Positions 1-12,074 of a stretch of DNA of 64,000 nt are shown one piece after another. The stretch's first letter is position 1. The number at the start of each line of letters is the position of its first letter. The stretch lies in assembly GCA_964016885.1 (NCBI GenBank), contig OZ024742.1, positions 88,970,001 to 89,034,000 on the forward strand, in the 5' to 3' direction. Below the pieces are notes generated by a model, which saw only the letters and a list, made by a program, of their open reading frames with translations, had not been told where the DNA came from and did not search any database. Position numbers and translations under genes: made by a program. Source of the DNA: Eledone cirrhosa. Taxonomy: Eukaryota.

Positions 1-997
1 GTTATAGAGTATATGTGCAAGCTGTTCAGTCAGTACTTTCAACTTGTTCAATAATATCTGCATGCATTAACCTCAGGTTTGAACCTTTCTAGAAAACTCC
101 CTTTCTCTGTACATAGATGTGTTGATAGTAAATTATCCAGACAAATTCATTTCTGAGACTCTAATTGTAATATTTATTACATCACTTATCATAGTTTAGT
201 TTACTTTACATTGAGACTAAAGAGTTCATCCCTGGCGACCACAGTTTGGTATCACTTGAAATAATCTTATTTAAGCAGGAAATAATATTTGGTTGTATAA
301 AATATTAAAATAATCGGATGATGTCTCTAAAACTGATGAACGTTAACATTAGTTCTTAGCTTTGATTATTCAATCATTAAACTATGAAGATCTTATTCAA
401 AGATCACAGAGTTAATTTAATTGTAACGCTCCACTATTAGTGAGAGTTTTAAACTTATGTCCTTCAAATAAAAGTATGTGCAAATATTGGAATGTCAAAA
501 TAATTGGCATGATTAGTTTTCCATTTGTGAATACTTCTATTTGGATTGTTCTTTTTGTTTTCGTTTTAGAATTAACATTGGTTGGTTATTCTCTTCTCAT
601 TCAATTGCAATTCCTGTCATAAACATATTAATAATTCAAGATTAATATTTGTAGAGAAATGATGAATTCAGTAATATTTCAGTATTCATAACATTCTGCT
701 CAACATGATGCAGGCCCACCTTCTGTGTATTCCATGAGAACTTTTTTTAAACTAGTTTCTCGAAATATTGGAGAATTATGTGAACATTATTCGGTACCAG
801 CTAAGAATATTGTACACTAGTAACTAACGAACGTAGTTGAGTTACATTCTTGGGAGGACTCACATGAACGGTGAACCAGTGATTGATGGACTCGTTTATT
901 TTCCAGATACAAGACATTGTTCGAAAGCATATTTTGGTTATTACCAGTGAAATATAGTATAAATAGACATCAGCAATTACTTCTTAACCCCATTATA

Positions 998-1178
998 TGG
1001 CAGTATCGGTAGGGGGTCAAATTCCATGCTTCGCAGCATAGAGGTACGGCCCTTTATGATCTGAGTTCAAATCCCACCGAGGTTAGCTTTGCCTTTCATC
1101 CTTACGTGGTCGATAATCTAAAGTACCATTAGTACACTGGGGTAATTGCTGGCCTTGTGCCAAAAGTAGAAACAATTA
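998..1178 (+). mobile_element. tRNA-derived SINE (main family of this window)
   Basis: A-box-like TGGCAGTATCGGTAG, B-box GAGTTCAAATCC, central GGTTAGCTTTGCCTTTCATCCTTACG..GTCGATAA..AAAGTACCA, tail GGCCTTGTGCCAAAAGTAGAAACAATT; more than 10 homologous copies in the window. Confidence 0.9.
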
Positions 1179-2532
1179 TATATATAATATGATTCAAAGT
1201 GAAAATATATTTTTCTTATATTAACACCAAACATCCGTAGTTTTCGAAGTTGTTATTTAGCCAACGTTGAATTGTGACCATTACATCGGTTTTTGAAGAC
1301 GGCATTGCGCAATAAGAAGCGTAATCCTTATCGAAAATATACACCTGTACAAATGTAGGAACGTTATATCAATTTGTTAAATGAAATAAGGGTCTAATCT
1401 AAGATCTCTTTTGTCGACATGATACTTTGTGATGCATGTCCTATTTATTATGACTTCATGTTCTAACAATCCTGATCTGGGCTTCAATTAAACAAGTAGA
1501 TATTGGAATATACAGAAATACCAAAATATTTTACGATGAATCCAGAACTGAAAATAAGTTAGGCGGATGTATTGCCATTATTAATAATTGTGTCCCTAAT
1601 AGAACACCAAATTTCGGATTAATCCATATAACCGGAAATTGTCTTTGGTCTCATAATAATTTCAAATATACTCAAATTATTCATAACAATGTATATATTT
1701 GAATATTTATTTCTACTATTGATTTCTACTATTGACACATAAATGCATAGTATACAGAAGGCCATTTGGTTTTATTCATCTCCTAATTATGAACTGCAAA
1801 GTGCATTTCAGTGTGTTTTGAATTGAGTATTACAAAGTGTTAGCCACAAGATTTGTTTTTTAATAACTAATTACATGCGTATTGTTCAAAGGAGCGTTCC
1901 CCTTTGTTATCTCGTATTCACGAGTTTAAATTATTGCACCAGACTGACGGCTAGTTTTAATCCTTTTACACTTGTAATTTCTAAATGTATTCGCAAATTA
2001 TATTCGGATAATTGATCTGCCCTCACATATCTAGCCTCTGGAATTCTCTTCCTGCTTCTCGCTTTCTTGGCCACTCAAATTTGCGGAAATTCAATAGCTG
2101 AATTAATCGTCATTTTCTCCTACCTTGAATTATGTTCTCTTTTTCTCTTCCTCCCTTCACAGTAAGCCTTGCATTTTAGTGAATTTATTACTTGACTTGG
2201 GGTGAGCAAAAAGGAAATAGGCACTTCAGACTCATTCATTGACTTGTTCCCTACAGGTAGGTGAAATTATTTACATTGCTGATTTGCTTACGTTATTCCT
2301 TCATTACTTCTGGTGGAACAATGTATTCTACAATCCCATTTGTTAAATAACGTTTGAAAAGCAACTGGAATAAATACCTCTATTACAATATTAATCAAGT
2401 TTAATACTTATGAGATTGCCGTTTGAAGTGGTATAGTGTAATGTATCCTAGCTGAAAGCTAACCACAAAATCCACATAATGCTGTTTTCACACTCATTAT
2501 GACTATATTCCCCTCAAGGTACCTAGGGACAA

Positions 2533-2713
2533 ATAATTGTTTCAACTATTGGCATAAGGCCAGCAATTAATATTGCTGGTGCTTTATTTTATCGATCACA
2601 TAAGGTTGAAAAGCAAAATAACTCTCGGCGGAATTTGAACTCGGAGTGTAAAGGGCCACAACTCTGTGCTACAAAGCTTGGTGTCTGACGCTCTGCCGAT
2701 ACTGCCAATCCAC
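2533..2713 (-). mobile_element. tRNA-derived SINE, diverged copy
   Basis: Reverse complement aligns over the full length with the SINE at 998-1178. Confidence 0.85.
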
Positions 2714-2819
2714 ATAGGAAAAATATACCTTGTCATTAGAAACAATTATCTGAATGTATGTTTAAACAATGTGAAGCATCACTAAATTAGGACAATGTGA
2801 TTGATGAGTTAATATCTGT

Positions 2820-3560
2820 ATACAACAATTACAACAGTACGCGATGGGGCCCACCCACAACCCCGGCGGACAGAATGGAGAAGGCGTTTCCCCGCAGGAC
2901 GGCAAGGGAGACGCGCTGGAAAAGCCACTCCAGCTCGCGGGGCTCACACCTGCGGCTGGTCAGTTCCGCGCCTATGGGGTGAGTAAGGAGGTAGCCCTGC
3001 GGCTGAAGACACCAGAAGTCTCCACTGCCAGGGGTATGGCCGCAAACCTGTCGGCAAGCTACCGGTATTTGAGGAGTTTGGCCCCCTAAGCGCGACGTGC
3101 AGCAGAACTTTGGTCAGTCGCACACTGCACCAGGTTTCGGCTGCAGAAAGTGTCGGTGCAAGTGGCGTCCCAGACGAGGGGTTTGCCACCGCGAAGCGGG
3201 AAGATCATCATGCCATCTGGACTTTTGCCGTCTCCTCGATCCAGCCCCACCGGCTCGAGCTGGGAAGGGAAGCCTGAAGAGTCCAAGCCATGCTTAAGCT
3301 AAATGACCTCGTTGAGGGCAGCATGGCGTGGAATGCGGCCGGCACAGTGGCGGCAGGAAAACGTCACCGTGAAACCGCAGCGACATTGGTGTGGCTGGCA
3401 GATCCGGAGGCCGAGCCTCAGGGAGACACTGATTCGCAGGCTATGGTTGTCTAGCTGCGTGATAGAGGAGAGCAGGGCATGGAGCCAGACACCACTGACG
3501 GGTTTGGAGGACGCACGAAAACAAGCAAGGTGGTGTGGGTCGAGCTTGTCATGTACCTTG
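2820..3560 (-). mobile_element. CRE-clade non-LTR retrotransposon, 3' fragment (restriction-like endonuclease), degraded
   Basis: Across frameshifts: LRISVSLRLG..CQPHQCRCG..SCRHCAGRIPRHAALNEVI, EPVGLDRGDGKSPDGM..LVWDATCTDT, PLAVETSG, LFQRVSLAVLRGNA, which are typical CRE C-terminal motifs. Confidence 0.8.
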
Positions 3561-3722
3561 CATGTCAAATGGTTTTTGCATTGCAATAGAATTATTTTCC
3601 AAACAGAAGTATTACTATGTGCACAAATCATCTCATGGTCCTATGCTAAAATATATTAGATAATATACAATGTATGTGGCCGAGAGATCGGATTTTGAAG
3701 CGCTGAAAATATAGAATTAATC

Positions 3723-3960
3723 TAAAGGAAGACGTTCTCATGCACAGAGATGCTATATAATAGGATGAAGACTATTAAAAGACGGGAAAAGAAGTTGTCA
3801 TCTATAAAGAATTTAATCTCATATCTCCCAGACGCAGAGATATGCGGTTCAATTCCTCCTAGCGGCTGATGGCATCTTTATTTTTATATCTTTTAAGGTC
3901 CTTCACCCTATTTTATAAGCTCATTTGTAGCATGTCAGTGCATGAGAACATCGTCCTTTA
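3723..3960. repeat. Inverted-repeat-bounded element (~60-70 bp imperfect arms) with a tRNA-like core
   Basis: TAAAGGAAGACGTTCTCATGCACAGAGATGCTA.. pairs with ..TAGCATGTCAGTGCATGAGAACATCGTCCTTTA; internal GGTTCAATTCC. Confidence 0.6.
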
Positions 3961-3969
3961 TATGAATTA

Positions 3970-4295
3970 AATAATTGTTTCTACTTTAGGCACAAGGCCA
4001 GCAAATATCCAGTGCATTACTGGTACTTTATTTTATCGACCCCGTAAGGATGAAAGGCAAAGTCAACCTCGGCGGGATTTGAACTCAGATCGTAAAGGGA
4101 CGTAACTATGCTTATATGAATTAAATAATTTTTTCTACGTTAGGCACAAGGCCAGCAATCACCCAGTGTATTACTGGTACTTTATTTTATCGACCCCGTA
4201 AGGATGAAAGGTAAAGTTAACCTCGGCGGGATTTGAACTCAGAATGGCAAGGGCCGTAACTCTACGCGTCAAAGCATGGCGTCCGCCCTCTACCA
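3970..4295 (-). mobile_element. Two tandem SINE copies (3970-4111 5'-truncated; 4124-4295)
   Basis: Both match the SINE family; TTATATGAATTAAATAATT duplicated at 3958 and 4112. Confidence 0.9.
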
Positions 4296-4653
4296 ATAAT
4301 AATATGTTTACTTATGAACTCTAATATAATGAAATTTCCAGTTGAATATCAAGTTTCTCCGGTGATTTGATTTATATATATACATATAACTGATGGAAAT
4401 ATACAAACATTTCAGTTCCTAACACCCGATTTGATGTTTCTGTCATTAAAGTATTTTGATGCACAGTTAAAATGTGGTATCATGGAGTGTGAAATCTTCT
4501 TAATAGTTTGTTTCCCTTTTCTGTGATAGTCGTATTGAAATTGACGAGATTTGTTGTTTTACTCATGACACTCTATGATATATATATATATATAATATTA
4601 TTCAACATATTAATAAATGAGAAATATTATTTTACTCATGACACTATATTATA

Positions 4654-4700
<47 letters not shown>

Positions 4701-4721
4701 GTTTACATATATAATGTTTTA

Positions 4722-4779
<58 letters not shown>

Positions 4780-5334
4780 TTATTAAAATAACAGATTAAA
4801 GTTTAAGCAAAGAATCCCTGCTTTCGCATTTATTAGTATTACTATTATTGTTTTCATTTTCATTCATTATTTTTTTCTGAGATATATGCCGAGTGTCTTC
4901 CTGATACCTAGGGCAAATAAATTCACAGTCTGCATTGGTACGTCAGTTAATACAGCACATTGATTATAATAAAATTAAATAAAACAGTATACATATATAT
5001 ACATATGCATATGCATATGTAAACACAAGGAGAGATATCAATATTACAGAGTTAGTGCTCTTCTCAATCCGTGTGCAGTACCAGTCAAAACAATTTTTTG
5101 CACCACGTCCAGAGAGGGTAAACCAGGAATCATTCACAAATATTGTACTGTTCCTTTCTTGATCATTCCCAGGACGATCCGTGTACAATTTATTTTTTGT
5201 AGGCTTCTTTGGTATTCGTACATTATCTGTTCACTTCGTTTTTTTAGTGTTTTTATTATCGTTTTGTCGATGGTGTTCGATTTATTTTCACTCTTGTGGG
5301 GAGCTTCGCCATGATGTTATTCAGCCTGCTATTT

Positions 5335-8030
5335 TATTACTATTATTATTATTACTATTATCATTACAGTTGCATTTATCTTGCTTTATGTTCATACGAG
5401 TTATCACCAAGTCACAACCAGTGACCTCAAGAGACAACAAGGTCCGCCATGTTCAAGAAAGAACATGCATACACGCACATGCATCTTTAGGTGTTTAGAC
5501 TTGTGATGTAATTATATTGACAGAAACTTCCTTAGTATATGGGCAGTTCCCATTAGTACTATCTTTTGTACTTCTACTATACGCGGGTTTCCTGGGATTT
5601 GCGATAAGTAATCATTAGACCCCTTAGGTAATATTCCTAGAGCGCCTACAACCACTGGTATTGTTTTAGTTCTCAATTTCCACATTTTTCCAATTTCTAT
5701 CTCCAGGTCCTTATACTTGCTCAGTTTTTCAAATGTTTTGATAGATACATTCTTGTCTATTGGAACGGACATATCAATTAGCAGGCATACCCTATTTTTA
5801 AAGTCCTTCAGTATTATATCAGGTCTATTTGCATCTATTTTTCGGTCTCTTTGGATGCTAAAGTTCCACAAGATTGAGATGTGATCTTTTTCAAGTATGG
5901 GAGGTGGTTGATGCTCCCACCAATTCTTTTGATGGGGCAGGTCAAAATGCTTACACATTATCCAATGTATGTATTGTCAAGCTCTGTCATGCCTGTTTAG
6001 GTATTCGGTTGCAGCTAAAGGACTTCAAATTGAAATTATATGATCAATGTTCTCTGGTTGGTTTTTACATACATGGCATAAAGGGTTGCATCCATTTTTT
6101 ATTATGTTGGCTTGGTAATTTTTTGTTGGCAGACACTGATCTTGTGCTGATATAATCAGTCCTTCAGTCTCCGATTTCAGTGCAGAGGATGCCAACCACT
6201 GATGGGTTAAAGTTTTGTCAACATCAGGATTGTTAGCTCGTTCTGGGCATTTTCGATACAGAGGCTTTTCTTGCCATTTCTTAGCCAGTTTCTGTAGCAG
6301 TTCTTTCTTTGCAGTTACTTTTACCTGCTTTGCTTTTTCTGTGTTTTCCATTTCAGTAGTAAATGGGACTTCTGAAATTTGTAGTCCATTACTGTATATT
6401 TGTGCATCTTTTGTAATGGAGTATGATCTTTTGATGCTTTCGTGTTTCAAAACTTGTTTGATCATCCAATCATGTGATTCCCTTAGATAATCCAATTGTT
6501 GCAGTATTCAACGCAATATCTAATTGGATTAACCAACGTTCTCCTTATTTCCTTTCCTAGCGAGATATATTCTCTCTGTATCTGCCTTAGGGTGATGCAT
6601 TCTGTGCATGGTTAAGAATTTTCGAATTTTTGTATCGAGCATACGGATCTCTGTGTTTGACGAGTTGATGACATTGTAACTATAGATTAATACTGGTATG
6701 GCAAGCGTGTTTATGGCATCAATCCTATTCCTTGCATTCAATTCCGTTCTTAAGAATGCTCTTACTCTGCGGTAACATTCCTTCCTTATCCCTTCCTCAT
6801 TGTCGAGTTTTTTTTGTTCCGTCTCCTTCACAAACACCTAGATATTTGTAAGTTTCCCCTTGATCAAGTTCTCTTATCACATTCCCCCGATCAAGATTAA
6901 TGTCTGAACTTCTCAGCAGCTTTCCTATGGTGAACGTTGCTTTGGCGCATTTATCTAGTCCAAACTCCATTTTAATGTCATCACTGAACTGCTCCACAGT
7001 GGATAATCGCCCTTGCAATTGTTCATCATTTTTTGCAAATAGTTTCAGGTCATCCATATAGAACAAGTGATTAATGGTTTTGTCATAGACTTGATATCCA
7101 TGTTTTGTTTCATTGAGCATTTTACTTAATGGTATAAGTGCGATGCAAAATAAAAGCGGTGATAAAGAGACACCCTGAACAATTCCACAATTAATATTAA
7201 ATTCTCCAGCTTCCAGTGATTTGTTTTCACTATTCAAAAGGAGTGCCGTTTTCGATGTCTTCATACTGAATGACAGGAACCTCCTGACAACTGTAGATAT
7301 TTTGAAAATCTCTAAACATTTTTCAATCCAACTATGTGGCAAACTATCGAATGCTTTTTTATAATCTATCCAAGCAATTGATAGATATTTGTGTCTATTA
7401 TGACAATCTTCCAGTATCATTTTGTTAACCAAAAGCTGATTCTTACAGCCATATGAGCCTCGTTTACACCCTTTCTGCTCATTGGGAAATAGATCATTTG
7501 TTATCAAGTGGTCATATGTATATTCAGTTAGGACTAATGTTAAAATTCTATACATTGTGGTCAAGCAAGTTATCGGTCTGTAATTTTGGGGATTGTTTGT
7601 CTCATCATTCTTCGGAAGCAGGAATGTAATGCCGTTAACTAGCCATTGTGGTATATTTTCTGGCTCCTTAACTATTTCATTGTAAAGTTGGGCTAACAGC
7701 TCATGAGACTCTGTGAAGCCATTTATCCAAAAATTTGATGTTTTGTCTTTTCCTGGAAATTTCTTTTTGCTGGTTTTTCTAAGAGCGAAACGCAACTGTT
7801 CAACTGCTATATTTTCCCATGTTTGTTCCTGAAGGTGAGCTGTATCTTTCATCTGTCTGTCTATCCATGGGGCATGTATATTATGAACTTTTTCTTTGGC
7901 CCAGATCTTTTCCCAGAATTCTTTCACTTCCTCCTTGGCTGGAATTGATTTAGCAGTTATTGTTGACTTGCCAATTTTTCTGTAGAAGTTTCTTTGGTTG
8001 TTTTTGAACATATTATTGTCCTTATAGAAT
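5335..8030 (-). mobile_element. R4/Dong-clade non-LTR retrotransposon, 5'-truncated and frameshifted
   Basis: RT in ORF 6797-8071 (NYRPITCL, WIDYKKAFDS, GIVQGVSLSPLLF, LFYMDDLKL); zinc finger CHVC..E..DHI; RLE RPDIIL..LIDMSVP..EKLSKYKDL in 5512-5958; 3' UTR ends in a (TAA)n-like tail. Confidence 0.9.
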
Positions 8031-8100
8031 GGGCGGTGGATTGGCAGTATCGGTAGAGGGTCGGGCCCCAAGCATAGAGTTACCTCCCTTTATGATCAGA
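8031..8100 (+). mobile_element. SINE 5' head only, fused to the Tx1 body
   Basis: GGGCGGTGGATTGGCAGTATCGGTAGAGGGTCGG..CTTTATGATCAGAG, then LINE sequence; B-box and tail absent. Confidence 0.8.
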
Positions 8101-10640
8101 GATCGAGCGGATGTGTGAAGCTTTTCAGCAGCACTTTGCTGAACTGTTCGGGAGCGGCGGCGGCCCGGATCGGGGCATGGACTTCAGTGCATACCTCGAC
8201 GGACTCCCTCGACTCTCGACGACCGCAGCACAGTGTTGCGAAAAGCCAATAACAGCCGGTGAAATACGGGAAGCGATGGCTAACTGCACAAGGGGTAAAT
8301 CGCCAGGTTTAGATGGTCTGCCCTACGAGCTTTATGCATTTATGCCAGACTTGTTCGGTGACCTCTTGACAGACGTCTACTGCAATTGGTAGCAGAACGG
8401 GAGCATTCCCAGTTTTGTGAGCCGGGGAGCAGTTGCGCTGCAGAGAAAAGACCCGAACAAGGCGGATGTTATAGATAATTTCAGGCCCATAAGACGCAGA
8501 GTTCAAGATTTTGGCCAAGGTGTTAGCAACGAGGTTGGCGCTTGTCGTCAAGGGTCGGGTGGCAGAAGCGCAGACATGCGCCATTCCGGACAGATCCATA
8601 CACAACAACCTCCACCTCATGCGTGCGATACGTCATATAGAGGGTGGTTAAGGAACCTGGCAAGGGTGGGGCCCTGATCAACTTGGATCAATCCAAAGCA
8701 TTCGATAGGGTCGACCATCGGTACTGGCGGCGGTCTTCGTGGCAGCCGGTTTCGGGCCCGTTTTCAGGGGTTGGATCGCAGCAATGTACAGCGACATCTG
8801 CTCAGATCTGAGGGTGAATGGTCACCTGTCGCAGCCGTTCAGCATCATTCTCTCAGTCCGCCAGGGTTGTCCCCCGTCGTCCCTCTTGTACGTATTGGAT
8901 CTCGAGCCGTTACTGTACAAACTGGGGGCGATGAGGGGCGTCCCACGCGAGCTAGGATGCGGGAAATCCGAGTCAGCTTACACTGACGACGTCACGGTGG
9001 TGGTGTGGAGCGCCAGACACGTCCAGATGCTCGGCACCGCTCTCAAGAAATACGAAACGGTGAGAGGAGCAAAGATAAACCAGGAAAAGTCGGTGGGCTT
9101 GCAGCTCGGCACCTGGAGAGGTAAGTCCATGCCGTCCGACAGCGTCGTGCGGCGTCGGACGGACGGACCGGTTAAATTGCTCGGGGTCTGGTTCGGACCG
9201 GACCTCCAGATGGAGAAAAACTGGAACGAGGTGACGAGCAGGGTGGCCTCCCTCACCCAGAAATGGGCTGAGAGGAAGCTGTCCCTGAAAGGCAGGCCGG
9301 AGGTGGCGAATGCGTACATCGCATCCGTCATCTGATACCGCCTCACCGTCGTCCCTTGCTCCAGCCCAGCTCTCACCAAAATGGAGCGCCTCCTCTTCCG
9401 CTTTTTGTGGAAGGGACACGCTCTCATGGTCAGACGATACATCTGATGTCAACACCCGTTGCGTGGAGGACTGGGCATGCCATGTCTGATGATGCGCAAA
9501 CATGCGCTGAGGCTGCGACATCTCTGGTGCTTCCTTGATGGTGAACGGGTGTGGTCGCCGTTCGCCAGGCACGTTTTCCCACAGCTCGTTTCCTTGACGG
9601 AGCTGCAGTCCTGGGTCAGAAAAAGACCGAGGGATAGCGCTTGGAAACTGGAATGTCTCCAGGCGCTCACTGCCATCTCCCAGCTGGGCACCAGTATCGG
9701 TGGAACATCCACCTCGGCGTTCTATAGAGGACTAGTGGAGGGCAAGAGCGACGACATTCTCGGAGAGATCCTGCGCGTCGAAGAAGATCAGCTGTTTGCT
9801 CTCTTCCAGAGAACTTTCACCCGGGGCCTATGGATAACTTCCAAAAATCCCTGGCCTGGCAGTGCTACCGGCGAGCGCTGCCGGTTCGAGATAAGCTCAA
9901 CATGCACGGAAGTGCCGTCAGCCGAGCCTGCTCGAGATGCGCGCATAGCGACGAAACCGTTGTGCACGCACTCGTTCAGTGCCCGAGCATTGATGACTTG
10001 TGGAGCTATGTTGAACAGTTGCTGTCACGTGTGGGACTGATCCGGTTGTCGACTGAGTCCATTGTGCAGATGGTCTCGCCGTCTTCCTTCGAGGAGGAAG
10101 GGCAGGCGGTTCTCATCTGCCTGGTGGCCATGGCGAAAGAGATTGTGTGGTGGACAAGGTTAAAAGGGTTAAAGACAGACACTTTCCTCTTCGGCGAATC
10201 CCTAATTAACCTTTTCAAGTTTCACTTGAAGAGAAAAATCAGGGTCGAGAGGCAAGTGCTGCCTCCTAGCAAGTTTGTTGAAAGGTGAGTGAATATAGCG
10301 AGAATGGTCCGAGTGAACGGGACCGCTCTGAATATACGCCTGTAGTTTGAGAGATGGAAAAATTGAGAGAGGGCGCTTGCCCTTGTGGTCAGGGTGGCCG
10401 TGGTCTTTTGTGTGGTTTTCGCCACCATTGTTTCAATTTTCATTTTGATTGTTTATATACATATATGTTTCTATGTCTTTTTTTCTTTTCTTATATAAAT
10501 AATAAAAATATTTACACGCTCAAAATCCACATCGTACCGTCCTGTACCGTTCTGTGCCGTCTGTAATGTTTTTCTTGATGTCAGCCCTTGTGGCCAATAA
10601 AGAAATCATTATTGTTATTATTAATATTATTATTATTATT
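8101..10640 (+). mobile_element. Tx1-clade LINE, 5'-truncated ORF2 pseudogene with 3' UTR and (ATT)n tail
   Basis: KSPGLDGLPYELY, DQSKAFDRVDH, VRQGCP, AYTDDVT, KLLGVWFG, RGGLGMP, C-terminal CSRC...ETVVHALVQCP; 3' end CCCTTGTGGCCAATAAAGAAATCATTATT. Confidence 0.92.
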
Positions 10641-10756
10641 TGAGTCTCAGTCACTGATTTTATTTAACTGGAAAGTTTGTTGTAATGAATATGAAGCCGC
10701 TTCCTGCAGCCTCAGATATTGTTTCACAATGCATTGTATATATATATATATATATA

Positions 10757-11183
10757 GTTAAAAGAATAGAGGTGTAACACACAACTTATTATATATTGGT
10801 AAACGGAATAGAAAATGCTGACAAATTGTTCACAGTTGAAAAATGGTTTAATTAGGAATAAAAGAGTATTAGTAATTGTATGGGTTAGTATTCAGTTGTG
10901 GTTTTAAGTTTTTAAGTTTTTACCGGTTGCGCATTTCTAAATGCTTTTCAAAAATAATTTTGAGATAGAGTGTCCGTGTTGTTTGCTCAGATCAGAGCAA
11001 ACAACACAGACACTCTATCTCAAAATTATTTTTGAAAAGCATTTAGAAATGCGCAACCGGTAAAAACTTAAAAACTTAAAACCACAACTGAATACTAACC
11101 CATACAATTACTAATACTCTTTTATTCCTAATTAAACCATTTTTCAACTGTGAACAATTTGTCAGCATTTTCTATTCCGTTTA

Positions 11184-11195
<12 letters not shown>
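10757..11195. repeat. Near-perfect ~200-bp-arm palindrome of a putative Penelope pLTR segment, within (TA)n
   Basis: Arms ~10790-10988 and ~10994-11192 are reverse complements (centre GCTC-AGATCA-GAGC); the same sequence occurs at 25452, 25710 and 61800. Confidence 0.9.
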
Positions 11196-11213
<18 letters not shown>

Positions 11214-11218
<5 letters not shown>

Positions 11219-12017
11219 CAGAAAAAAAAGAATCAGTTTTGCGCAGAAAGGAATTTATTGGACATATTACAATTATTTCTCGGGCGACCAGCTCGAGGCA
11301 CGATCGATGTGGAAATCAAACCTGACTCTAAAATCCCTATGCATAGAAAGATTACTTAAGTCTGTGGGAAGGCATTATCTCACTATGTGTTGTTCTGGGC
11401 ACATTTGCTAGTCCTATTTTCCGTCCCTGTCCTGCTACCCGAGTATCCTGGCGTATCATTGCTGGCATACTTAGTCTTGGTAATACCTCGAAAGCTCCGT
11501 GCTGTGTTATCTACTTCACTATCTATGGTTTTTCAGTTCTGGTCCGTGGTGCTACTACTGTTCAGTCCATATGTGTTGTGGTGCCTAGGGTTCTCGTGCT
11601 CCCTCTCTTCAAATTTTTTAAATTTTTATTTTTAAATTGTTGATTTCCGATATTCGATTCGTGATGTTTAATTTGCTACTTGGATAATGGACATGATGCA
11701 GGTCTTAAGGTGGAGAATGAGAAGGACCAAACATTGGGCAACCATGGGTGGCTAGAAATACGGGTGACGTGTACAATTCTTGACCACTCATGGAATGACA
11801 ACAAAAGGGTCTAAATCAACAAACGAAAGAATTCGATGTCAAAGAACAATAGAAAAATCTACTTCTTAGAATCGACACGTATCCGAGGACTGCGCGATTT
11901 CAGAGTCAGGTTTGATCACCATATCGATCGTGTTTCGAGCTGGTCGCCCGAGAAACAATTGTAATATGTCCAATAAATTCCTTTCGTCACAACACTGATT
12001 CACTTTTTTCTGTGATA
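11214..12017. mobile_element. Element bounded by ~120-bp terminal inverted repeats
   Basis: 11214-11335 is a diverged reverse complement of 11896-12017. Confidence 0.65.
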
Positions 12018-12074
12018 TCCTACTCTGCCCTACGAGAGCATCGAGTGTTCATACGGCCTACCGCATTATTAAGA

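Noticed and set aside
998-1080. tRNA genes at SINE heads
   Set aside because: Only A/B-box similarity; no complete cloverleaf; followed by the SINE body
2026-2370. Two small AG..GT-bounded candidate exons on the minus strand
   Set aside because: Short, with no recognisable protein; such splice-like pairs arise by chance
6797-8071. Intact 424-aa reverse transcriptase gene
   Set aside because: The N-terminus is read from an adjacent antisense SINE and downstream domains are frameshifted; it is a decayed R4/Dong copy
11028-11066. TTGAAAA..GAAA-TGCGCA as a U3-A8 variant hammerhead
   Set aside because: No closing stem II pair and no NUH triplet in register
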